Numbered from the stretch's first letter, positions 1-13,932 are shown. The stretch: DNA of 64,000 nt from Octopus vulgaris (GCA_951406725.2 OX597815.1:103974001-104038000), one strand, 5' to 3'. Made by a program: numbers and translations. The notes: generated by a model not told the origin, from the sequence alone.

Positions 1-1789
1 TCAGGTTAGCAATCTGGCATCAGGGAAATATTTTTTCGGTTACATGAATTTATAATTTCAAAGAAAGTAGTGTAATTCCTAACGAAACTTTTAGTTCTTT
101 TCATAGAGTAAGTGTGTGATCAAATGGTTGCGAGCTGCAAGTTATGATGTAACCAATGGTATTAAAACAGCGTTATTAAGAATGTAATATCTGATAATTT
201 TTAAGTGATCTCATGATCTGCTCTCAAATAAAATATTCCCGCTTTCAAATGATGAAAGATTTAAGAGGTGAAACTATTTCTAAAGTGACAAGTGGTTAAA
301 TGTTCTTGTGTACTATTGAGATTATTGCGTTAACTAACTTTATATTAAAGACTGGACAGCTATATAATCTCGCAAACAACGTTACTGATAAAGTCATAAA
401 TTTCATATTGAAACATTAAGTTATCAAAGTATTTGAAGCCAATACGAAACTATATATTTTAATATATAGATTTATACTTTAATAAATTGAATTATATTTT
501 CTCTATGTACTGATTTGATTTTCTCCGAATGAAAATGCAACGTATTTTCAAAATCTAAAATTAATTATAAATTATATGCCTGAAACTGAATGCAGAGTTC
601 CGAAAATTAGTATTTTCAATGTCTAACTCTTCTCTATTTTTATCTTCTATTTAACTTCGTGTCATTGTTCATCATTAAACGTTTCTTTGCCAATTAATCA
701 ATTAGATATGATGTCATTTCATATTGTAGACTTATTGAAAACAAATTCACAAAATTCTACTGTCCTTGTATTTTCACCCTAAGATATATTCACATTTATG
801 TAAGATATCGAACACAATGAGGTTTTTGTTTTCGGTCGTAGATATTTCATTTTGTTTCAGCACCTAATTTCCTTGGAAAATACATGAATTCCGCATATAT
901 CTCTTGAAGAATACGACCAATAATAAAATATTGTCATGATGCCCAGTTAGAAAGGCAATAATATTCAAATAATGTTTTCTAAATAGTTGTTAATCTGGCC
1001 GTTTAGTTTCATCCCACTTGTTGCTACTCAGTCTTTTACTTTTTTCTGGATATAAGGATGCCTACATTATCTAGTTTGTACTTTCTAACCTTAAATGCTA
1101 CGTTAAAGAAGATCCCATAAAATTCAAATGATCACTGGACAAATTTCTTCAAAATATCCTGGATCAACTTCCTACACTCGGATATGTCTCCAGCAATAAT
1201 AACTCTTTGCTAGAGTGGGCCATGGTGCCCCATATGTGATATGGCCTGGGCCTATACTGGCCGAAACCTATCAAAGTTATCAAAGTTTAGAGAGACAGAG
1301 AGACAGAGAGAGAAAATTAAATTTTTTAATGGTAGTTATAGTTGTATGAATGATATAAGTAGCAGGATGGACCATACTGACAATAATCATAATAGTATGC
1401 ATAGTATGAAGAACGCCACTAAGCAAAAAGAACAGACAGTAAGAAAAGTCAAAGATAAGACATTTGTGCAATTAGAACATAACAATAGAGTACCTAGCAA
1501 CAAAAAAAGTGTACAATTTACTTAACTGTGTGCCAAATAAAGTACAAAGTGGCTTAGATATGAATGAACCTACTAAGCGGTCCCATTCAGATAGGGTAGG
1601 TAAAACAATACATAATCCCTATAAATATTAATATACAAATAATTGACAAATATGTCAAGTATAATAGCAAACAAACCCAATGCCGTAAAAAACAGATAAA
1701 TAGATACACACTTTTAGAAAAAGCTTAGGTAGAAATGGAAATATATACCTCAGTAACATGGATACCTCTAGCTATATCGGATGATATAT

Positions 1790-2692
1790 AATTCCCTTCG
1801 GAAAATAAGTAGTTTCCAACATACCAAAATTACTTTATTCGGCATTAACTAAACATTTTCCAAAAGACAGTTAATGCTATTGAAGTTTTATTAAACATAC
1901 CATTGCATTAGCTTTCTGTAGTAGTAAAATATCTAGCACAAATTCTAGCAGCACGCAATGGAAAATTTAACAGTTTCCATATGAACAATAACAATAATAG
2001 TTACCAGAATTATAATTATAGCTCAATATATAGCAACAATGTCAACATCAGCTGACAAACTATAAGTAACACAACTAGGTATCAGGATAGGAACTATGAT
2101 TTGACAACCAATGATACTGAAGAGACCCGAGGGAACTCCAAATTAACCTGGAAGTTGTAGATGTGAATCCTAAAAACCAAAGTACTCAGAATGTTGTCTA
2201 TGTGGAAAGGACTAGTAGCTTAGAAGATAGACAGGAGACGATAGAAATCACATCTAGAATAGGTGAAGTGAGTACTAGTAATATACTAGTAATAGAAGTA
2301 GTAGTATTAAATGCGATTGCGCAAGGAACAGGGTCTGTCCTCTTAACTCTAATTGTAAGCATAAGAATATCATATACAGATGTAATATTGCCTCAGAGAA
2401 TAGAGAGTATTTCTATGTAGGTGCTAGCTCATGTTATATTAAGCAGAGAATTGCCAACCCTTTAAGTTCGTTTAGAAATAGGGACTAAATGAATACTACC
2501 AGCTTTAGTAAGCTAATTTGGACACTAAAAGATAGTAACAAAGTATTTTCAGTTGCTTGGGAAATGATTAGTAAAGCAAAACCTTATAGAATAGTTGATA
2601 TTAAGCGTGACATTTGTGTGAAAGTAATGTACGAAATTTTCACTTGAAAATATATTCTAATAAACACTAAACAGGAACATAACTTACCATCT
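1790..2692 (+). pseudogene. Penelope-like element 3' coding fragment (RT-EN linker plus GIY-YIG endonuclease), decayed
   Basis: Manual translation gives IPFGK*VVSNIPKLLYSALTKHFPKDS*CY*SFIKHTIAL (~1790-1915; PLE 'PF...TNI...KHFP...FN..T' linker). From 2312 it reads CDCARNRVCPLNSNCKHKNIIYRCNIASENREYFYVGASS (CxC..CPL..C..IIY...YVG), then RIANPLSSFRN..NTTSFSKLIWTLKD..VAWEMISKAKPY..DICV..LINTKQE. Stops and frameshifts are present. Motif style is Naiad/Neptune-like by recall only. Confidence 0.85.
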
Positions 2693-3464
2693 ATAGCAAT
2701 TATGCTAGTTAAAATAACGATTGTGGTAATTAATGATATTTATGCAAATGATACTAATAAATATAATTATTATAATAATAATAATAATAACAATAATATT
2801 AATTGAGAGTATAAACCCCAAATAAGTGAAATACCTCTGAATACTGTACTCCATACCGTAAAATGTAAACAAAACTGCTACAATTAATTATAATATATAT
2901 ATATATATATATAAGCATTTTAAAACTCTGATTTAATTGTAATACTAGTAGAGCTGATTATAAGACCAGAATTCAATTCGATTTAAAAGTAACGCTGTCA
3001 CCTTCAACTGAGTACCAACGCAGGAAGCTTGTTTGAACTAGTTCACTTTGAAAACGTCGTAAGTGATGGACCTTTCATGAAATTGCAGTGACTAAGATGC
3101 ATGATTGCATACAGAGCAATGTGTAGTTGCTGCAGTAGAAACATATGTTGGTCCTTGATATAGATGCTGTAGAAAACATTTTTAATAAAAAAGTTTTGGA
3201 TGTGAATAAATATCCACTCTTCTCTTGGCTTTCAGTTATATACTCTACGGAATATTTGCAGTCCTGAGTGGGAACGAGAAACTACCCAACAAGTGAACCT
3301 TACAAGTAGCAGTGTCAATTTAAACTTGAGGAGTAATTGGACTGATGTGGATGGCTTGTATCTATACTATTTTATGAAAGGATAATTTATCTCTTATATA
3401 TACAGTAGATATATATTTCATTGTACCTATAGCCGCAGGTGTGCTGCAAATAAAGAAATAAATC

Positions 3465-3539
3465 ACATACACACACACACACACACACACATACATATGT
3501 ATGTATGTATGTATAGATAGATAGATAGATAGATAGATT

Positions 3540-3614
<75 letters not shown>

Positions 3615-3794
3615 GGATAGATGAATGTATGGATCGATCGATGTATATGCAAATACATATATAAACATACTCACACATACGTACATATACATACGTGCAC
3701 ACTCACAAACACAGACACATACACACTCACATATATGCATGAATTTATGTATGTATGTACGTATGTATGTATGTATGTATGTATGTATGTATGT

Positions 3795-3865
<71 letters not shown>
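3465..3865. repeat. Compound microsatellite (CA)n/(TATG)n/(TAGA)n/(GA)n
   Basis: Directly visible tandem di- and tetranucleotide runs. Confidence 0.95.
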
Positions 3866-4620
3866 AAAAAAAAAAACGAGAGAGAAAGGTAGAGCCAGAT
3901 AGAGAGAGAAAAATGTTAGTTCTCATAACCACCTTCTTCAGTGTAGAAGTTACTTTCCTGAAAGTTTGATACAGGTTACTTGCATAACTTTCTATAATAT
4001 AATAAATATTGACAGGATTTAAGCTAGGGGTCTAAAGTCATGTATATGGAATACATTTTCCGAGAGAATAGCAATTGTCATTAAAAGAAGAAACAGTTAC
4101 TGAAAGAAGATCACGCTATATAAAAGCTAGAGATATTGCATGTTTATGATAATGAGATTCTTTATGGAAATTACGATATCAACCATCATTCTTTTAAATA
4201 TTACAGTACAGTGTTTTATGTAATTATTATGCGCTGTAGACATTTTTACACCTCTGAAAGCAGAAGCAGCTCAGAAAAAAAATTACTAGGAGTTCCATTA
4301 ACTTTTTCTGAAATTATAGTAGATATGTGTAATTTTCGAAGCTAACATTCTCTAGGTACAACAGGGTTGCAAAGCTTCCATTGCTGTCACTTCGATAAAC
4401 TACAATGATTTATATTATAATTATTTATATTGCTAAAACTTATTCCTCCTGGACATACTATTAAGAAACAAACAGTTTTCAGAACACGCATAGTTAGTGG
4501 AATCATAAGACGTGCAAGAAGAATAGACGTAAACCACGTACCTTTATTCCTACACAATCACACATATGCATACATATATAAAGATATATATGTTCACAGA
4601 TATGTATATGTATCTATATA

Positions 4621-5839
4621 TTGGGTCATCCCTTTTTTTATCATTTAAAAAATACTGTCCTTCATTTTCTATAATGCTCTTCCATCTATTTGGTAAACGC
4701 CCAAGACTCCTCTTCCAAAATTCACTTGTCTGTGACGAAAAATACTCCTCCAGTGCTGTCTGACCTCGTCTATTGAATTCATATCTTTTCCTTCCCAATG
4801 ATTTTGAAGCCTGTGGAATAAATGATAATCAGATGGTGCAATGTCCGGCAAATATGGTGGATGGGGCATCGTTTACCATTCAAACTGCTCCGGCCTTTAG
4901 AATGTCATCCTCGCTGTATGTGGCCAAGTATTATCCTGATGGAAGAACACCTTTCGTTTTGAAACCAAAAATGGTCGTTTTTCTTATAGCGCTGATTTAA
5001 GCCGCTGAAGCTGCTCGCGGTAGATCTTTGTTATCGTTTGGTTTGGGTTTAAAAGTGCAAAGTGGACTAAATCTTTTATATCCCACCAAACACATAACAA
5101 CATCATGCGTTGGTCAAGACCTTCTTTAGCCTGGGGAGCCGGCGTTTTTCCTTCTTTAGCCACTGTCTTCGGTGCTTGACATTTTTATAGAGAACCCATT
5201 TCTCGTCACCAGTCACTATTCGCTCCAAAAAAGGTTCATTCGTGAGACGTGACAGCAAAGAAGAGCACAAATTCCCTGACTGCACGCGAAAGTTTGTGAG
5301 GAACCCATTGACCCAATTTGCTGACTTTTCCGATGACACGCAGGCATCGATAAATGGTTGAATGACAAATCCAAGCTTCTCTGCTAGTTCTTCAACAGTT
5401 ACGATGGAATTTTGTTCTACCAGGGGTTGTCGGACGTCCTCTTCGAGCTCTACAGATCTTCCAGGACGAGGCTCGTCTTCTAGCCTGTAGTTTCTGGCTC
5501 GGAATTTCTGGAACCTCCTTTGACACTGCCTTATGCGTATTGTCCGATCCCCATATACTGTCCGATCCCCCATATACTGTCCCATCCCTATATTCCTCGC
5601 ACTTTCCATTCCGTTGTTGCTTTTATTGAACTCATAAAGCAAAATATACCGAATATGCTGCTTTGTCGATTCCATTATAACTTTGAAAAATAACTGTTAA
5701 AATTGAACTGCACCCTTCAGATCTTGCAATAAGAATAAAGATAACGTAAAATTACTACTTGCTTTATCGCAAGTTGATGCAGGTAGTTTATCCCCACCAC
5801 CAACTTTGAAAAAACTGCATTATTTATGGAATGATCTAA
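4621..5839 (-). mobile_element. Mariner (Tc1/mariner) DNA transposon, near full length, decayed
   Basis: TA at 4619-4620 and 5840-5841. Left end ttgggtcatccc versus right end (revcomp) ttagatcattccataaataatgcagtttttt. Length ~1.2 kb, enclosing a transposase pseudogene. Confidence 0.9.
4640..5675 (-). pseudogene. Mariner transposase pseudogene
   Basis: ORF pieces: MESTKQHIRYILLYEF..(HTH)..LEDEPRPGR, frameshifted WVPH, RIVTGDEKWVLY (first catalytic D), PHPPYLPDIAPSDYHLF (YSPDLAPSD motif), and FWKRSLGRLPNRWKSIIENEGQYF. Multiple frameshifts, plus an internal ~18-bp triplication at 5541-5592. Confidence 0.93.
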
Positions 5840-5957
5840 TATTTATGCCTTTCTGTGTGTAATAAAGCTTTTATAAAACTCATGTTTCGCAGTAACATTT
5901 TAGTTTGTAATTTGGTATGCTGCAAATCAAAAGAAAGTTTGAAAATAACGAACTCGT

Positions 5958-6023
5958 GCATGTAATTTATCCCGGCCCCACTCCATGCAATTGAAAAACC
6001 GCGTTATTTATGGGATGGCCCAA
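5958..6023 (-). mobile_element. Isolated terminal fragment (TIR plus ~35 bp) of a related mariner copy
   Basis: aaaaaccgcgttatttatgggatggcccaa followed by TA (5994-6025) matches the mariner TIR. The preceding gcatgtaatttatccc parallels gcaggtagtttatccc at ~5779. Confidence 0.7.
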
Positions 6024-6054
6024 TATATGAATTAATATGTATATATACATGCAT

Positions 6055-6173
6055 GTATACATACATACATACATACATACATACATACATACATACATAC
6101 ATACATACATACAAACATACATACATACATACATACCTACATACATACATACATACATACATACATACATACA

Positions 6174-6203
<30 letters not shown>
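6055..6203. repeat. (TACA)n microsatellite
   Basis: Directly visible. Confidence 0.95.
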
Positions 6204-6204
<1 letters not shown>

Positions 6205-6811
6205 GCAGAATAGGATGGAAGACTCGCATGCAAAATACCGAGTAGTCTGACCGAACTTTATATCTACAAAGTTATCCAAAATCACGCCTATATGCGTATC
6301 AATATTTTAGAAAGTCTACCAATAATTACATATTATTATTACCTGCCAGGATCTAACATTCCTTCAGTTGAACAACCACTTGTGAATTGTTTAATTTTAA
6401 TTGCATAAGCAGTGCATTTGTATATATAATAGTCTTCCATAATCGCTTTCTCTCCGTAACTTACAAAGCCTTCTGGTTTGTTTATAAATATTATATGTAC
6501 CATTAGACAGTTTAAGTATATATACCTAAAAATTTGGCTGAAATTGATGGGTGAGCTTTTGGCCCAATCGGATGCGCATGTAACCATGTAAGTGTTGATA
6601 TGTGAGTTCGATTCTGACTACGGTTAGCTCATTTTTTTTAAAGTCATTTGTTTATATATAAATGTCGCTTAAAATCGGAGAATACATATTATTATTATAA
6701 TATATTATCATAGTTATTATTGTACTAATAGAGTTCCATAGTCACTTTCCCACCGTAACTTACAAAGTCTTTTGGTCTGTTTATAAATATTGTGTGATAT
6801 ATATTTATATA

Positions 6812-6864
<53 letters not shown>

Positions 6865-6867
6865 ATA

Positions 6868-7152
6868 ATAATAATAATAAATGTTAGGGAATAAATCCAA
6901 ATTTACAGGGAAAATCAGATTTAGGATTGAATCCAATTTTATAGTAAAATATTATATAATATTAATTAGAGACAAAACCACTATTTTGCAAATCAAACAA
7001 AGAAAGACTTAATCCAATACATAAAAAAATTTTAATATAAATTAAATAAAATTATATTTTATATAATTTAATTTAATTTATATTAAAATTTTTTTATGTA
7101 TTGGATTAAGTCTTTCTTTGTTTGATTTGCAAAATAGTGGTTTTGTCTCTAA

Positions 7153-7165
<13 letters not shown>
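6868..7165 (-). mobile_element. Fold-back (palindromic) insertion in (TA)n, probable PLE 3'-terminal remnant
   Basis: ~100-bp inverted arms (aatattaattagagacaaaacc...aaattaaa / tttaattt...ggttttgtctctaattaatatt) plus a unique ~85-bp tail on the left, with (TA)n on both sides. Same architecture as 21161 and 42247. Confidence 0.6.
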
Positions 7166-7212
<47 letters not shown>

Positions 7213-8016
7213 GCATATATAATATAAACTTTGTACTCAATCACTAGAAACTTACAAAGGTAACTAAAGCTCTTTTTTCATATATCACAACATTGAATTG
7301 CATGGTGGATTAAACCATACTAACGTTCTCTTTCCAGCTCTCTTCTGGTGTGGGGCTCAGTGAATCACCGTATAGTCTAACTTAACAGCAAAACCATTCC
7401 TCGCTAGCGCCCTATTATAATGTTTTTGTGGCTTTGTCGACGATCTCACCGTCCACCTATACATTGGAGAGTACTTGTCTTACTTTTCTTGTCTCGAGTG
7501 TCAAAGATTCTGTTCAGAAAGTTACCATATGTGAAGTTGATCAGAACAGTTATAATTATGGCGGGTTCTTGTCCCTAAAATACAATATAGTACATAATGG
7601 CATCTAACTAACGACGAGATCTTGCCTGCTCTCCTACGATCTGCATATAGTATAAGATCCGACGTCACTAAAATACCACACCCTGCTGATTAACTAACAC
7701 CATCAACATGTCTGCTCACTCACATGAGGTACCCGATGAACTGTTATCCCTAACATAGCTAAAACATCAATGTGACATGAAGCAACCTTAACAGACACTT
7801 TAAATTGCTTTTAAATTTACTTCATTCTGAATCCGAACATGTAACGATGAACACGTATTTTACGCTCATGAAACTTTAGTAATGTGGAGCTGAATCAAAC
7901 TTATTGAATAAACAGAACACCATTTAAATGTACTGAGTCGCACTTGCTTTCTTCTTTATGTGCATGTGTATGTATGTGTGTGTGAGTGTGAAGGGAGATT
8001 TGCAGACAGTCAGCCA

Positions 8017-8200
<184 letters not shown>

Positions 8201-8629
8201 TGTCGTGAAATGTTTCTTAGCTGCGATAGAGTTACAATTAGTAACTCACAGAACTCAAACTACCAAGAAGTATAAAAATCCATGCAGCGTTCATATACCA
8301 TTTAACGTGTATAGAATAAATCTGATCCCGTTCCGACAAAACTTCAGTAGGATGGACATATATTCTTCATTGTAATTTAGTTCATATATATTATTATCGA
8401 TATGTGAATTTATATGTATGTGTGTGTGTCTGTGTTTGCATTGTAAACTGTGTGTTGGGAATCTCACTGTTTGGGATAAAACACCTCAGATCTCGAATGA
8501 TCATTGAGATCTCACAGAGCGTAGATTAAACATTCTTAATGATTTAAGTTACTTCGCTACTATATCTTGTCCTAATAACCAAGTATTTGAACACAGTGAT
8601 TTTCATTTCTCTTCGATAATAGTTGCGTC

Positions 8630-8863
8630 TAAGGCAGCGAGCTGGCAGAACCGATAGCACGCCGGGCGAAATGCGTAGCCGTATTTCGTCTGTCGTTACG
8701 TGCTGAGTTCCAATTCCGCCGAGGTCGACTTTGCCTTTCTTCCTTTCGGGGTCGATGAATTAAGTACCAGTTACACACTGGGGTCGATGTAATCGACTTA
8801 ATCCGTTTGTCTGTCCTTGTTCGTCTCCTCTATGTTTAGCCGCTTGTGCGTAGTAAAGAAACA
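8630..8863 (+). mobile_element. tRNA-derived SINE with 15-bp target-site duplication
   Basis: Head ggcagcgagctggcagaa (A-box-like) and gagttccaattcc (B-box-like), then a central cctttcggggtcgatgaattaagtaccag block. TSD gataatagttgcgtc (8615-8629) / gataatagttacgtc (8864-8878). Confidence 0.85.
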
Positions 8864-11800
8864 GATAATAGTTACGTCAACAACTACGACGAAAGCCTGC
8901 TCAGCGTAGATTCTCTTGTTGCCCTGAAGATTGTAGCGAATACTCACTGTAACGACAAATACGATGTGTATGTTTTAGTGTATGTAAATAGATAGATAGA
9001 CACACAGATACATACATACATACATACATACATACATACATACATACATACATACATACATACATACATACATACATACATACATACGTACGTACGTACA
9101 TGGACCGACAGAATGTTGGTCAGACAAACAGATTGAAAGAAAAGGGATAGAGTGAGAGAGAGAGAGAGATGTTTCGTTCAATGACTATGAGTATCACTAA
9201 CAATTACAAATTCACAAGCAATTCTTGTAAGGGAGTAATTCGTAAACCGTCCACAACCATATGATCATACAGTGTAGCACCACTACGACTTTCGCTATCA
9301 GAGACAAATATACTAATGACAACCTAAAGCAAGACATGTGTCTCAATCATGTTACTGTATTTTATATAAGTAACTTTCTTTTTGAGTTATACTATATCGA
9401 CATCAAAGAGATGACTTACTCCCAGCATTCTTGCAGTACGCCGGATACGAACCATCAATTTTTTTTGACTGGGACAGTGATCGGTATCTTAATATATATA
9501 TTGATGCTCAACCGCATGAAAGCGGGGTGAATTTTCATACGCTTATACCAATTAAAGTCCAAATCAAAACAAAGAATTTCATGACAATTTTTACTCTACT
9601 TTTGGTACTGAGACGTCCCATAAGTAGATATCTTGCTGTTAATTGTGCAATGTCTGTATAACCTTAAATATTTTCATTCTCTCCTTTAATAAAGTGGCGC
9701 GCCAGTCTTCATATACTAATTCCGATTCAAAGCGAATTATATACACGCACGCATACATAAGGTATAAATATGTATATTCATGTGCTTGTGTCTCTTTGCG
9801 TGTATATATTTGTTTGTTTATCCTATCTCAGATTCGTGTCTCTAATAATTTAATCTGATATTACGTTGTAGATTTACTAGAGCTGCTAGATGAGTGATAC
9901 ATTAATGTCGATAATTCTCTCTAACAACGGTACCATTCCCAGGACATTTTGATCACTATTCTAAATCTAAAGCGGCGTCATACTGTTAGATGTGTTATAA
10001 GAGAAAAAGTATTTCTGTTTTTAGATCTGTTGGTGTTGAAAGCTCGAATTTTGAGGTATGAATAATCGGTTTCTCATCTCCAAATCAATATCACAATTCT
10101 TCCCGAAATCTTCAATATAATTTCTTTTTGTTTTGTTTTTTGGTGGGAGGTATTTTTGTCTTTTGTCCTTTAATATTTACCAACTATAGCTTTCACAGAG
10201 GGAAATAATCGTGTTGCAAATCCATTTTTACTAAAGAGAATAGTAATGATATATCAGATAGATGTTTTTGTTAGTATTAGTTATACTAAAATCGCTTAAC
10301 TCTAGCGTTTGGTTGCAAATTCTAGTATTTTTGTTATTTTTTTAAACTAAACACTTTTCCTTCATCTTCATTAACTTCAGTTGTTTCTGAATGAAGAATC
10401 AACCAGACCACAAATCTTTTACTTTTCCCATTTATCTATTATCTATCTCTGCTGCACATTTGTAGTGATTCCGCAGAACAGGAAAGATTTGGGTAACGAG
10501 AGAAATCAGCTGGCACTAACTCTGCAAATTTTATCTGAGTGTAACTGGAAACATAGGTGAGATTTTTCTAAAATTCAACATATGACTAATCACTGTTCTT
10601 ATTCAATTCATTTCACGGATTTGTTGCTAATCTACTTCGCTAAGAAGATAAGAATCAGTGCGCCGGTTTCAAATTCCAGTAAAATTATGATGCTTTACAG
10701 TAATGTATTGTTATTGTCTCACTGTGAGAAATATGTGGACCAACTGAGAGTTCCAGGGTGTGGCTTGCTTTGGGGGAAAGAATTTAGCAAGAAGATTAAG
10801 GATGCAATAGAGTAGGGATGTAAGGTTAAAGAGAGAAGAATATGTTAATCATGTGCGCTTGGCGCACGTGATTTCAGATGTAGAGAAGGATGAAGCGTGG
10901 TGGATGAAATTTTACCTATTAGTCTGGAGTGTTTACATATTACTTTGTCGAAGTAGATATGTGATCGAAACGCCTAAACAGAAAAGTGCATTTGTACCTT
11001 GTAAAAGCTTAACAATTATTCAGAGCGGAATTAGAGGTTTGTTCTGTATAAGAGTTTTTGTGTTTTTGATTTAGTTTTACTTTTGCTTTTGATAAATCTT
11101 GAGATTTTGGGTATGATATTTCTTTTAATATTCTGCGCAAATGCTGTTGATATATTTTAGTATTGTATATATGATTTCTATCGTTGAAATTTATAAACTG
11201 TTAATCTCGAAAAACACATTATATTATCCATAACATTTGCACTTTATAAGAACAATGATCCCTAACATCCACTCACTCTCATCTGTTAATCCACAACACA
11301 GATAGTATAGCTTCCCTTCACGATTTCAAGCACGGGCAGCTTTTAATGTAACTATATTTGTTTCTTGGATTCTAAGCTCATCTTTACGTGGATTACTGTT
11401 ACCTACTACTTCTGTACCATTATTCTTTCATAGATCTCTGCATGCATGCACTTAAAAGTTTTATAAATTCTTCAGGAAAGTAATATTGAATACATTGCCT
11501 GTAATTGAACAAGTTTCTCAGAAGAAATGGCAGGCGTTTGTAAGAATAGGGAAATATGATTCTTTGAGAATATCAATTGCGACTACAACATAATTATTTT
11601 CAAATATATAATCTGTCTCCCTATCGTTATCTTAGGATGACTGTCTCTAAATTTGTATCTCAATTATTATCTTACTTTCTCCGTTAAATTTTACACAGTG
11701 CTACAAAAGTTGCAAATAAATTAAAGACGCTACCAGCACGGAAAACAAATAGTTTAGTTCGTATTTACATATTCAGTGCAAGGAGGATAAAAATTCTAAC

Positions 11801-12694
11801 TTGAAATGCTTATACGACAAGGAAATTTTTTTTTTTTCAATAACTAATAGGAAAATTCCCCCCAAACGTTCTGCACACAAGCGGGATTCATATGCAACGT
11901 AGACATCTCAATCTATATTCACTCTGTATCTTTAAGAGGTTTTTGAAACATTTTTCTTACGAGTTTATACCAATCTTATGTATTTCAAAAGGTGAAAAGC
12001 ACACATAACACAATGAACATACATAACCAAGATACTATGTCGTATCGCAGCAAACAAGTAGAACTCTCATGATCGCTACAAATGGTAGTTCTAAGTATCA
12101 CTGAGGATCTCTTTCTCTGCAAACACACTTACTGAAATTAGCAAAAATTACATGAAAAGTAACGAATTTCCCTCTCAAATACAGAATATACTACAACTCC
12201 ACACTACTGCTAACTCTGCAAAGATCAGGTAGGGCTCAGAATTGAGTAATCGTCTCAAATAATGCACTGTGCAATTTCTGCACATACAGACATCAAACAT
12301 TCTGAAATTCTATATAGCTTTCCTTTATGGATCTCACTAACTACTTCAAGGCTGTTATGTTTGCACTTGGTAGAAGTTTTTTATAGGAATGTTCTATTAA
12401 TATTTCGTGTGTTTTGACATATATTTATGCATTCAATAACAGGTTCATTGCCTCTACACATATAATGGTAGTTTTTCCTTTGGGTAGCATTAAATATTAT
12501 TTTAGAAGCACCATGCCGCAATTTTGCTTTACAGACAATTTTGTATGTTACTGACAATATGACTATTTTTCATAGAAAGGTGAATTAATCGATATTTTCG
12601 GTTACATCGTTATGGTTTAAGGGCTTCATTTTCCTGTATGCGTAAGTGTATGTATATGTGCATGCATGTATGTATACATGTGTGTGTATGTGTC

Positions 12695-12744
<50 letters not shown>

Positions 12745-13714
12745 TATGTATGTATGTATGTATGTAACAATGGGTAAAATTCTCGTCTTTAATTTTAGAA
12801 ATACCTTACATATGTATGCATGCATGTACTTATGTGTGTATGTGTGTATTTATGAATGTGTGTGTAATTGGTTGTGTGTCAGTGTATATGAAATTATATA
12901 AATGTGTCTGAATAAAAAAAAAAGCTACTTAGATAAAACTTAAGGAAATTACATGACCCGACATACATCGAGGAGAATAACATTACTGGAGAAACTAGAG
13001 TAGAAATGCGATTTACATCACCAAAGACACATTGTTCTTTGCTTTGACCGTTGGTGGTGATTACCGAAGTAGAAGCACCAATAATTATAGTGATAACCCC
13101 TTACCTATAATCATTGTGTTGACGCTCAAAATTCTGAAATACATATGCATAATATTATTCATTTATTTGGGATGTATTATTATATATTCATTCGCGTGGG
13201 GTTTGCTATTTACCGCCCACGGGTATGATTCTACTGCAATTCTATTTAGTTTATTATTATATTTTGTACTTATTGTTTTCTTGTCTGTACTGGAAGAATG
13301 TGTCTGGTTTTATCGCATTTGTATTTAATGGATTTCAATGTAATGTTCCACGAATATTTCCTATGTCGAATTCTTTGGCTCTGTTCTATGTATATTATAA
13401 TCTGATTGATGTTTGTAATACTTACCGCCAACAGGAGATGACCCAGTGGGAGGTATTGTATATTGTTTCCACAATAGAAACATACCTGAGAAAGGTAACA
13501 ATTTGATACTTTTTCATTCCTGCCGTTGGCTATAGGTGATGTTTCCATTGTTTAACAAATCTTAGTCAATGCGTTTATGTGTCTAGAAACATCAAAAAAA
13601 TACAGCAAGCGAAGGAAGTATATAAGCTTAAAAATCTACTACACACATTCTCGCACACACACACGCACGCACACAAAATCACAAACACACACGCACAAAC
13701 ACACATAATGCGCG

Positions 13715-13716
13715 TG

Positions 13717-13756
<40 letters not shown>

Positions 13757-13773
13757 TACATATATATGTATCA

Positions 13774-13807
<34 letters not shown>

Positions 13808-13830
13808 ATATATATGTATATATATATATG

Positions 13831-13877
<47 letters not shown>

Positions 13878-13932
13878 GCATATAATTATATATATGCATA
13901 TATATATATATATGAATATAGATATATATATA

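Noticed and set aside
1790-2692. In-frame TGA codons as selenocysteine (reported for some Naiad PLEs)
   Set aside because: The TGAs are not at Cys-motif positions, TAA stops and frameshifts co-occur, and no SECIS was seen.
2995-3070. Hammerhead-like ctgagta...gaaaacgtcgta
   Set aside because: The core is broken and stems II and III do not pair convincingly.
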